DNA of 50,093 bases, taken from positions 1 through 50,093 of the IMG/VR virus record IMGVR_UViG_3300020122_000466; one strand, written 5' to 3'. Position numbers and translations under genes: made by a program. The stretch comes from a virus. Its lineage: Duplodnaviria; Caudoviricetes. The notes below the pieces were generated by a model. The model ran no database searches. It was not told the origin of the DNA and saw nothing but the letters and a program-made list of their open reading frames with translations. Of the stretch, positions 37,871 to 45,437 are shown piece by piece; the stretch's first letter is position 1, and each line of letters opens with the position of its first letter.

Positions 37871-38108
37871 CAGCGCGCGCCTTCAACATCGCATCCGCCA
37901 TCTCGTACGCAATCTGCGCAGCCGTCGCTGGGGTGTCTTGACTCACATCCCCACCATTTTGCGCAATGAGTAGTTGGCCGCGCTGAATCATGGGGAGGGC
38001 CTGCCCCGCAAACCAATCTCGCAAGCTCATCCCATGGCAATGACCATTCTCGGCAGCGTGCCCAAACGCCGCACCACCATCGCGCTCATCTGGATGATCA
38101 TTCGGCAT
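37860..38108 (-). CDS. Conserved phage hypothetical protein
   Basis: GGxAF..GMSLRDWFAGQAL..AY..ADAML.AR, a widespread phage motif. Confidence 0.75.
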   Translation of the reverse strand: MPNDHPDERDGGAAFGHAAENGHCHGMSLRDWFAGQALPMIQRGQLLIAQNGGDVSQDTPATAAQIAYEMADAMLKARADAK

Positions 38109-38358
38109 ACTTCTCCACCCGTTTCATAATGAGGAACGCCATCTCCACAATCCGATTCTGAATATCCCCCATGAGCTGCCGGTGCACATGGGCGATGTCA
38201 TCCTTGATGTCACTCACCAGTTCTTCGTACTCCGATTGGGTCACAAGGGTCCTGACTGGCGGGGGCACGGCTCCGCCCTTGGTGTGTGGGGTGTGCTTGA
38301 GCATCTGCGTGGTGACCTCGTGTGCAGCAAGCCCTATCGTACGCAAGGGTTGGGCCAC
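38098..38358 (-). CDS. Hypothetical protein
   Basis: 86 aa, AAGGGG RBS. Confidence 0.5.
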   Translation of the reverse strand: MAQPLRTIGLAAHEVTTQMLKHTPHTKGGAVPPPVRTLVTQSEYEELVSDIKDDIAHVHRQLMGDIQNRIVEMAFLIMKRVEKYAE

Positions 38359-38405
38359 CTTGCCCCCTTAATATCGCTCAGTTTACGCGGCGCAACACTG
38401 CATGA

Positions 38406-38843
38406 TCATGCATCCGCACCCGTTCGAGGGCGCACCACGGTCCCTACTGGAGGGGGCCCGAGGTCTGGGGCCCCAGGTGCGCGTCCAAAGCGCGCGGAGC
38501 AGATCGTGCACCCGCGCTTCCAGTTCGAGCACTTCCGATACTCAGTGCCATGCGCTTTCTCGTTGTCTGCCAAGAGCGCGGTCACTTCCGCCATCGTGGG
38601 TTTGCGCTTGGGAGGCTCGTCAGGTCCCGCCTCGGGAGTTGCAGCTTGGATGGAACGCGCAGCCTGTTGCGCTTCTTGACCAGCCTCCAACGCCATCTGC
38701 CCTACCTCTGACCTGAACAACCCCCTCAACGCATCCCGCATGACCTCCGCCGCGCTCAGATAATGGCCGCTCGCGACGGCTTGCTCAACCTGTTGAAGCA
38801 ATATGCCTCTTAATGGGAGTTGCAGTAGTTTTGATGTAGCCAT
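38406..38843 (-). CDS. Ribbon-helix-helix regulator (ParD/Arc-like N-terminus) with C-terminal Cys/His knuckle
   Basis: VEQAVASGHYLSAAEVMRDALR; HG...CSNW..GCTIC. Confidence 0.75.
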   Translation of the reverse strand: MATSKLLQLPLRGILLQQVEQAVASGHYLSAAEVMRDALRGLFRSEVGQMALEAGQEAQQAARSIQAATPEAGPDEPPKRKPTMAEVTALLADNEKAHGTEYRKCSNWKRGCTICSARFGRAPGAPDLGPPPVGTVVRPRTGADA

Positions 38844-38860
38844 CGAATTTCCCCTTTCCT

Positions 38861-38911
38861 ATGGTGATTCGATGGTGTTATCATTGGCACCATAGAATGT
38901 CAAGCATGGTG
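38861..38911 (-). promoter_or_regulatory. Promoter/operator of the RHH gene
   Basis: Minus strand TTGACA (38903-38898), 17 nt, TAACAC with upstream TG; four ATGGTG/CACCAT copies and an 11-bp inverted repeat. Confidence 0.6.
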
Positions 38912-39152
38912 GTTTGGTCCCATACAGAGAGTGCCACCACCACTCTCTGGCACTGCGCTGGGCTACGTGCCACCCGAGTGGCGCTCGGTCACTCGTATGC
39001 GCGCCAGCACCACCAGAGCCCTTGACTATACCCTACACCAGCGTTCTACTCACTGAGATGAAGCACTTGTGTAATGAGAGTTGGGAACGGTGGCAGCTCC
39101 ATGAGGAGCTGCGGCAGGCGTATCAGAATGCTCAGCGAGGGGCTCAGGAGGC

Positions 39153-39338
39153 TCAGGGGCGCGTTGCAGTAGTCCAGAACACTCGCCAACCCATCACACG
39201 CAGAAATGGCACCCTGTGCCCTTCTCGCTCGCTGAATAGGGGTTTATTGCGTGTCCAAGCGAGCCCTACCCCACATACTCGAAACCACCCATTCCCATGG
39301 AGCATGGTACCACGCACATAACCTTCATAGAATCGCAT
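39153..39338 (-). CDS. Hypothetical protein
   Basis: 61 aa WFR..G.GL.W..PLFSER.G pattern. Confidence 0.55.
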   Translation of the reverse strand: MRFYEGYVRGTMLHGNGWFRVCGVGLAWTRNKPLFSEREGHRVPFLRVMGWRVFWTTATRP

Positions 39339-39340
39339 AC

Positions 39341-39589
39341 TTATTGAACCGACGCTCGTTTGGTGCTTCTACAGAGGGGACACGCCTCCCCATGCTTCAA
39401 GGGCTGCCCCAGCTTATCCACCTTCTGGGGACTGGTGGGCTCTAGGGTCAAGAAGAGCTGCCATTCCTCCTCCGTACTCGCCTCAGCCACCTTGGTCGCG
39501 ATGCCATCTTTCAGCTCATAGCAGTCATATCTGCGGCCATTGTGGGTGTCATAGCTTCTCACGTACCTGTTACCCTCGTGTCTTACCAT
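39341..39589 (-). CDS. Hypothetical protein
   Basis: 82 aa, AAGGGAG RBS. Confidence 0.55.
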   Translation of the reverse strand: MVRHEGNRYVRSYDTHNGRRYDCYELKDGIATKVAEASTEEEWQLFLTLEPTSPQKVDKLGQPLKHGEACPLCRSTKRASVQ

Positions 39590-39662
39590 AAGCGGTTTAC
39601 TCCCTTAACTATAGAGTATATATAGAGTATTACTACTATTGATATACTACTCACTAACATAC

Positions 39663-40061
39663 TCATGCTCTCCGTCGTGCGATGCGCCTGCGCTGCCGCC
39701 CACTCAGCGGGGGCCGCTCACTCGGCCACCGCGCCACTTGCTTGAGTTTGGTGCGCAGCCACCCTTCGTCAATGTTGAGCGTTTCACACATGTGCTTGAA
39801 CTGTGCGGCTTCCGCGTCAAATGAGCCATTGACAAAATCCATGGCCATATCCCACAGGCGCAGCCTGGCAGGGCGCTGCAGGTCCATGTAGGTGGTTTCG
39901 AGGAGCGCCATCGCGAGGCGGCGCTCGGGCAGGCTACTGGCGCTATGAGGGGGATCATTCAGCCCAAGGATGGGTAAGAGCGCGCCTTCATAGGCCATCT
40001 CACGAGAGGGCTTGCGGGGGCCTGCTAAGCCTGGTGAGGGGCGATATTGACCGAGCCTCAT
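39663..40061 (-). CDS. Conserved helical protein (ERRL..ALL..F..MCE.L.ID..LR family)
   Basis: Motif pattern recognised from bacterial and phage hypothetical proteins; start uncertain. Confidence 0.6.
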   Translation of the reverse strand: MRLGQYRPSPGLAGPRKPSREMAYEGALLPILGLNDPPHSASSLPERRLAMALLETTYMDLQRPARLRLWDMAMDFVNGSFDAEAAQFKHMCETLNIDEGWLRTKLKQVARWPSERPPLSGRQRRRIARRRA

Positions 40062-40309
40062 TTGTACATCATCCGTGCCATCTCCTCCATAAACTGGAGA
40101 TATTCTCGTGTAGGACGCTCACACTCCGTCCGATAGCTTGCACTCAGCTCATAGCGGAGACGCTTGAGTGGGTGCAGGATGGGATCAGGCGCACAATCCG
40201 CGATCATATGCGCTGCCAACACATTCTTGGCGTTCCCAATACTATCGAGCAGGGCGTCAATCTGTGCGGGTTGCTGGGTATCGTGCGCACTCATGCTCAG
40301 CGCTCCCAC
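40058..40309 (-). CDS. Hypothetical protein
   Basis: 83 aa or shorter, coupled to next gene. Confidence 0.45.
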   Translation of the reverse strand: MGALSMSAHDTQQPAQIDALLDSIGNAKNVLAAHMIADCAPDPILHPLKRLRYELSASYRTECERPTREYLQFMEEMARMMYK

Positions 40310-40524
40310 GGCTCACGGGTGCGAGGGTGCGGATCCCGCTCATCATCATACACCCACTCCCCATCCATGCGTTCTCGCTCACAAAATGGGCACGTGGCAT
40401 GCTCACACTCATCATCCGCATGCTGATCAAAGGCCCGTTGCTCCTCGTCAATCACATCCTCGATGGGTGGCATGCAGAGGGGGCAGGTGCAATCAAAGGG
40501 GTGCATCCGCGTCCTCCTCATCAT
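40297..40524 (-). CDS. Small acidic Cys-rich protein
   Basis: HPFDCTCPLC and CEHATCPFC; true start probably MHPF. Confidence 0.5.
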   Translation of the reverse strand: MMRRTRMHPFDCTCPLCMPPIEDVIDEEQRAFDQHADDECEHATCPFCERERMDGEWVYDDERDPHPRTREPWER

Positions 40525-40897
40525 CAGCAGGCTCAGGCTCAGGATTGGGATCGTTCATGTCAAAATCCTCAATGCGGCCCATCACTTCCCACAAATCCTG
40601 CTCCATCGCCGCATACGCCATCGCGGCCCAATTGAGCCGCCCATCTCGCACCAGCCCCTCAGGGCCAAAATTCTCCACATATGCGCCGTCATTGTTCGAG
40701 ATGGCGAGCAGCTCTTGATTGTACGCGGTGTAAATCACGTACTGGTGCCTATCAATACGCTCATGCACCGTCTCAATCAGCCACTCACGAGCCTGCTCCC
40801 CTGTCCCATAGTCACCACTGCGCACCTCTTTGACCAACTCATCCGCCATCGTTTGCAGCTCACTGTAATACTCTCGTTCTGTCAATCGCTCGCTCAT
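40493..40897 (-). CDS. Ocr-like acidic DNA-mimic candidate
   Basis: GGAGG RBS; strongly acidic; HE.ID...VIY and QDLWE plus acidic tail recall T7 gp0.3; early position. Confidence 0.55.
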   Translation of the reverse strand: MSERLTEREYYSELQTMADELVKEVRSGDYGTGEQAREWLIETVHERIDRHQYVIYTAYNQELLAISNNDGAYVENFGPEGLVRDGRLNWAAMAYAAMEQDLWEVMGRIEDFDMNDPNPEPEPADDEEDADAPL

Positions 40898-40951
40898 GTG
40901 TAACACCTCCATTCCCCCACTCGCCTCCGTGCGAGCAGGTGGGTTGAGGGG

Positions 40952-41185
40952 CTACTTTGCGACTTTAATAACCTTGACCCCGCGCCAGTTTACCGCGCGT
41001 GCGATACGTGCCTCAGCTTCCTCGCGTGTCCATCGAGACGCCTTTGCAATCTCACTTGTGCTGGAGCACACCGTCCCATACGGATACCCACATTCCTTGT
41101 CGTACCCCGGAATACTATCCGCAAGCCGCTTCACATACACACGCTTGCTAGAGTCTTGCTGAGTGTATTCAATAACGTACGGCAT
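40952..41185 (-). CDS. Hypothetical early protein
   Basis: Start ATG 41185 (MPYVIEY). Confidence 0.5.
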   Translation of the reverse strand: MPYVIEYTQQDSSKRVYVKRLADSIPGYDKECGYPYGTVCSSTSEIAKASRWTREEAEARIARAVNWRGVKVIKVAK

Positions 41186-41186
41186 G

Positions 41187-41381
41187 TTAGGCGAGCTTGG
41201 GCTTCTGCGCCCGATGCACCCGACTCTGTAGCTCAGCAGGATCCGGGTGCAAGGGCGGATAACAGGCAGGCCCGCCATACACCTGGCACTTGATCTCTGG
41301 GCCGGTGGGCTTGTGCGCTAGCTTGGCGGGGGTGCAGCTCGCCAGCACAATACTCACGAGCGCCAAGGTTATGACGCGCAT
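41187..41381 (-). CDS. Small early lipoprotein
   Basis: AAGGAAGG RBS; MRVITLALVSIVLASC lipobox. Confidence 0.6.
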   Translation of the reverse strand: MRVITLALVSIVLASCTPAKLAHKPTGPEIKCQVYGGPACYPPLHPDPAELQSRVHRAQKPKLA

Positions 41382-41584
41382 GGGCGCACCTTCCTTAACT
41401 CCTCCCACGCTGCCAAAAGGAGCGCTGCCCGCCGGGTTGGGTGGTCTTCACGCTGGGCGCGTTCCTGGAGTCGCCCGGCGAGCTCAAGGCTCGCCTTGCG
41501 CGCTTGCAGCTCACTAATCTGCTGTTGAAGCCTGCTCACGGTTGCACTCATGGGATGTCCTCCTCTTATCACTCTCAATTGCAT
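41369..41584 (-). CDS. Small coiled-coil early protein
   Basis: GAGGAGG RBS before MSATVS. Confidence 0.5.
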   Translation of the reverse strand: MQLRVIRGGHPMSATVSRLQQQISELQARKASLELAGRLQERAQREDHPTRRAALLLAAWEELRKVRPCAS

Positions 41585-41645
41585 GCTGAGCGCTTAGAGC
41601 AAGGGTCAGGCCAAGACCACTTCCCACACCTAATCCACTAGATAC

Positions 41646-41737
41646 CTGAAAGCATTGAACAAATCGCATATAATGCGCTGATCACTTGTGTCGCACACCG
41701 GCACGATACTGTCACCGTGCAATGTGTCACTAGTGAC
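41646..41737 (+). promoter_or_regulatory. Promoter and repeat cluster in the divergent control region
   Basis: CTGAAA(41646)-17 nt-TATAAT(41669); TGTC[AG]C at 41689, 41710, 41725; palindrome GTCACTAGTGAC 41726-41737. Confidence 0.5.
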
Positions 41738-41914
41738 GCGCCCCACTAACCATACCGCTGCCCACGCCTAACCCGTTGGTATCGTTGATGATATAGATGA
41801 CGCTGTGCGTGACAACCCGAGTGACCCCCTTTGGGCTACCCGGCTGGTGGTGATATATCCATCCTCCCAAATATCTCCACAACTTTTGGACTTAACGCAG
41901 CGCATCATTATGGT

Positions 41915-42592
41915 ATGGAGTTGCTTAGAGATAACGCTGTGTGCGATGAGGAAGAGATGGTGAACGAGCGCGTCGCCAAGCGGAAGGCTCTCCTCCTTTC
42001 GAAAGCCAAGTTTGGTGAGGGAGAATTGAGCCCGAGCGATATGGAAAAGCTCGCGCTGACCAAGCAGATTCGTGCGCTCATGGGGCATGGGTCGAGTTGG
42101 GAGGAGATTGCGGCGGCAGTAGGGAAGAGCCGAGATGCCGTTATTAACTTTGCGCGCCGCGCTACCTTCCGCCGCTGTTGTGAGTATCTCGATATTGAAG
42201 AGAAGGCGGCGGCGCCTCCTCGCATGGATCTCAAGAAAGCCAAGAAGGAATTTGGGAAGGAATCTCAAGGGCCTGATCCAGAGGATATGGTGCAGATGGC
42301 GCGCCAAGCCTTCGCAGAGTTGGCCCCCGACACCATCGAGTTCTATCAAGATTGTTATCGAAGGAATCCTCCAGAGCTGTGGCCTACGCTTGGGAAATGG
42401 CATGATCCTGCCCTCGCCCAATGGGCGGCAGAGCGTGTGAGTAAGGGGTTGGGCTTGCTGGAACCCGAGCACGTGGCTCGCCCCATCATCACCATTCACC
42501 TGGGTGCTATTCATGGAGTGCTCGCGCAAGTGACCACCGAAGATCAACAGGTACGGCGCGCCATCGATGTTAGCCCCTCGCCCGAAGGTTGA
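41915..42592 (+). CDS. Putative terminase small subunit (HTH)
   Basis: GSSWEEIAAAVGKSRDAV HTH; overlaps the large subunit start; start may be 41958. Confidence 0.6.
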   Translation: MELLRDNAVCDEEEMVNERVAKRKALLLSKAKFGEGELSPSDMEKLALTKQIRALMGHGSSWEEIAAAVGKSRDAVINFARRATFRRCCEYLDIEEKAAAPPRMDLKKAKKEFGKESQGPDPEDMVQMARQAFAELAPDTIEFYQDCYRRNPPELWPTLGKWHDPALAQWAAERVSKGLGLLEPEHVARPIITIHLGAIHGVLAQVTTEDQQVRRAIDVSPSPEG

Positions 42593-44510
42593 ACCGCGCT
42601 TCACCTTCGCTCCTCCTCGCATTGGGGAGGAAGACTATTATCTATTCCCCCCTGATCCACCCCCACGTTTCTGGCTGAAAGGCCAGCGCCTCTGTGAATT
42701 ACAGGGTCGGGTGGATAGTGGGCAACTGGTGCAAAGTGGTCGTGATCCCACCCCAGACTTTTTGGAGTGGATGCGCCTCCGAGGTCTCCAAGACTTCTAC
42801 TTCTTTGCGAAGTACATCGCGGGGTTCACGTGGCTTGAACAAGACCTCCACCAACCGATTGCGTATGCGTGGAGCGCTCCGAATGGGGTGCGACATGGTG
42901 AGCGCACTTATGGTCGCTTTCGCTTAGGAGTGGTACCACGCGCCCACCTGAAAACCAGCCTCATGACCCAAGCCTACGCGATGTGGCGCTTGGTCCGTGA
43001 TCCTGAAGAACGCATCCTCATCTACACCATGCATTTTGATTTCGCTGCGGTCATCATGAATTACATCCGCACCACGTTCGCAGGGGGTGGCACGCATGGT
43101 GAGCTGTTCATGCAGTGTTATGGGGATTTGATCCCCGCTGACCGTGATAAGACGAAGTGGACCTCCAACGATCTGACCATTAACAGGCGAGGTGCCTACA
43201 GTGATCCCTCTATCAAAGCACGAGGTGTGGGGTCTCGTGTGGTGGGTGGTCATCATACTCTGCAGCTCATTGATGATCTGGTGGGTGAGGAGCTGAACCG
43301 CACCCAAATGGATAAGGTCATAAGGGAGCTAGATGGACTCGACCCGCTTTATCACAGCGTCGCCCTTGGTGAACGCCGCTACGTTGGAACACCTTGGGCC
43401 TTCTATGATCCGATTGTCTATATCACCCGTGGATGGAAGGACGCACTTGTCGTTAGAATACCATGGCAGACTGCAGATAAACGACCTGTCTTCACTTATC
43501 GCGAGGCTGACCGCGCTAAGGGACTCCCTGAAGGAGCCAGCCTAAAGGAATACTCTGCGTATGCGGAGGGCATGAAACGCCGCAATGCGTGGTTCTTCTC
43601 CTGCCAATATGAATGCTATCCCAAGAGTGAGGATGGGCTTGGTTTCAGGAAGGAGTGGTTCAAATACTTTAGGATGAACGGTGGAGTATTCAAGGAGCTG
43701 GATAACAATGAGCAAGAAACGGGGCGTAGCGTACGTGCTGCTGAATGTAATACCTTTGTGCTTATTGATCCTAACGTTATTGATCCTCCAGGCTCGCGAA
43801 CTGGTAATACTAATGTGGAGGTTCGCCGGAGTGGAGATTTCGCTGCTTGGGTCGTTCTGTGCGTCGCTCCTGATAACACTTGGTACATCCCGCGTGTTAT
43901 TCGGTGGCGTTGCAACGTCGATCAGTTCCTCGCCAAAACCCACGAACTCGTAGCGATCTGGAGCCCCAAGTGGGTCGCCATCGAGCAAGTCGCCGCCCAA
44001 CGCTTGTTCTTCCACCTGTTCACCCGGGACTTTCGGGATGGGAAACCGAAGTTTCAAATCCTCCCCTGGGTCGGGGGACACGCCAGCAAGCCCAGTAGGA
44101 TTAGGGGCCTGATCCCCAACTATAGCAACGGGTTTGTGCTGCACCGGGTGGCGGATCAGCCCGAGGTGATGCAGGGCATCAATGACCTTGAGGGGGAGTT
44201 ACTCGATGGTGAAGGGGCCGAGCATGACGATGCCAGTGATGCGCTCAGTGCTGCATTACCGCTGGTCTATCCTCCAGGGAAGGAACGTACTGGAGAGCTG
44301 GACGCGGCCCTCCGGCGTATCCGCCTTGACAGTGACTGGTCCAAACTGGGCCCCTTCGCCCGCGCCGAAGCCGAAGCCTGGGAACGCAAAAAACACCGTG
44401 GAGTGATCACTGGTGATAAGCTCCTTAAAGGAGTAAGCACAGATAGCTATGAGGATGAGGATGACTTTGATGGGCTCGTGAGTGAGCAAGATTGGGAGAC
44501 CCTGCAATAA
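42567..44510 (+). CDS. terL: Terminase large subunit
   Basis: PRAHLKTS Walker A, GGH..LIDDLV Walker B, VGTPW, FSCQY, nuclease LIDP, AIE, HDDASDAL. Confidence 0.93.
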   Translation: MLAPRPKVEPRFTFAPPRIGEEDYYLFPPDPPPRFWLKGQRLCELQGRVDSGQLVQSGRDPTPDFLEWMRLRGLQDFYFFAKYIAGFTWLEQDLHQPIAYAWSAPNGVRHGERTYGRFRLGVVPRAHLKTSLMTQAYAMWRLVRDPEERILIYTMHFDFAAVIMNYIRTTFAGGGTHGELFMQCYGDLIPADRDKTKWTSNDLTINRRGAYSDPSIKARGVGSRVVGGHHTLQLIDDLVGEELNRTQMDKVIRELDGLDPLYHSVALGERRYVGTPWAFYDPIVYITRGWKDALVVRIPWQTADKRPVFTYREADRAKGLPEGASLKEYSAYAEGMKRRNAWFFSCQYECYPKSEDGLGFRKEWFKYFRMNGGVFKELDNNEQETGRSVRAAECNTFVLIDPNVIDPPGSRTGNTNVEVRRSGDFAAWVVLCVAPDNTWYIPRVIRWRCNVDQFLAKTHELVAIWSPKWVAIEQVAAQRLFFHLFTRDFRDGKPKFQILPWVGGHASKPSRIRGLIPNYSNGFVLHRVADQPEVMQGINDLEGELLDGEGAEHDDASDALSAALPLVYPPGKERTGELDAALRRIRLDSDWSKLGPFARAEAEAWERKKHRGVITGDKLLKGVSTDSYEDEDDFDGLVSEQDWETLQ

Positions 44511-44511
44511 C

Positions 44512-44700
44512 ATGGCCACCTTTCAAAAGCTCGCGGAGCAAGGGCTGCAAGGGGATGATGATCTTGCCACCCCTAACAGTGCGCGCGCCAAAGGGCGGGA
44601 CGCCACCCAATATCTCAAGGACACTATGGAGAAGAAAGGGAAGCGTCTTCCTACTGAAGATGATCCCACCGTGCTCCAGCGGCAACAGGAACGCACATGA
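44512..44700 (+). CDS. Small disordered protein with MATFQKLA N-terminus
   Basis: 62 aa from ATG 44512, one base after the terminase stop. Confidence 0.6.
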   Translation: MATFQKLAEQGLQGDDDLATPNSARAKGRDATQYLKDTMEKKGKRLPTEDDPTVLQRQQERT

Positions 44701-44724
44701 TCTTCAACCTGAAATGGGGGTTGT

Positions 44725-45090
44725 GTGGCTGAGAAGTACGGGCCTCAAAAGGCATGGAAGAAACGCAATTGGAAGCGTACACTCGCCATCAATATGAAGC
44801 AGAAGACCAATCGGCGTCAGCACTTCCGCGCCCTTCTACTCACCGAGTTTGGGCCCTGCGTACGGTGTGGGTATGACGACCGCCGTGCTCTTCAGTTCGA
44901 CCATGTGCAAGCTGGTGGAAATAAGGAGCGTACCGTGAACGGTAAGGATTGGGTATCACCGTTTACAGAACCGATGTATGTCGCGACTCGTGATCGCTTC
45001 GTAGCGGGTGAGTTGCAGGTTCTCTGTGCGAACTGTAACTGGATTAAACGCTATGAACAGAATGAACATGGTACAAGGGGCACGATATGA
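44725..45090 (+). CDS. HNH-type endonuclease
   Basis: CVRCG..LQFDH..GG..ER..QVLCANCNW.K. Confidence 0.8.
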   Translation: MAEKYGPQKAWKKRNWKRTLAINMKQKTNRRQHFRALLLTEFGPCVRCGYDDRRALQFDHVQAGGNKERTVNGKDWVSPFTEPMYVATRDRFVAGELQVLCANCNWIKRYEQNEHGTRGTI

Positions 45091-45437
45091 AGTGGGGGTA
45101 TTATCGTGGCTACGCAGATGGACTTGCCGTTTCCCATCGCAAAGCTGACGACGACTGGGAGCGCACACTCGCTGTGCTTCGGGAGGAGCTGTGCGAAGTG
45201 CGGCGCGACCGTGACCTACAAATGGCCCGCGCCGATGCCGCCGCTGACTTGCTCCTGCAACACCTCGGAACACGAGCGATCAGCCTTGCGGGCGCTCAGC
45301 AAGAGCAAGCCGCCTTTGAGCGCAAAGTGAAGAACGTGCAGACCATCACCGCCCTCCCCGATCCCACCGAGGAGATCCCCTATGGGCACCCCAATGGCAC
45401 CTATAAGGATGAGAAGGAAGCGAGCTTGTTCGGCTAA
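45087..45437 (+). CDS. Coiled-coil hypothetical protein upstream of portal
   Basis: 116 aa, coupled on both sides. Confidence 0.6.
   Translation: MKWGYYRGYADGLAVSHRKADDDWERTLAVLREELCEVRRDRDLQMARADAAADLLLQHLGTRAISLAGAQQEQAAFERKVKNVQTITALPDPTEEIPYGHPNGTYKDEKEASLFG

Noticed and set aside
38406-38843. ParDE toxin-antitoxin pair
   Set aside because: No RelE/ParE-like partner adjacent.
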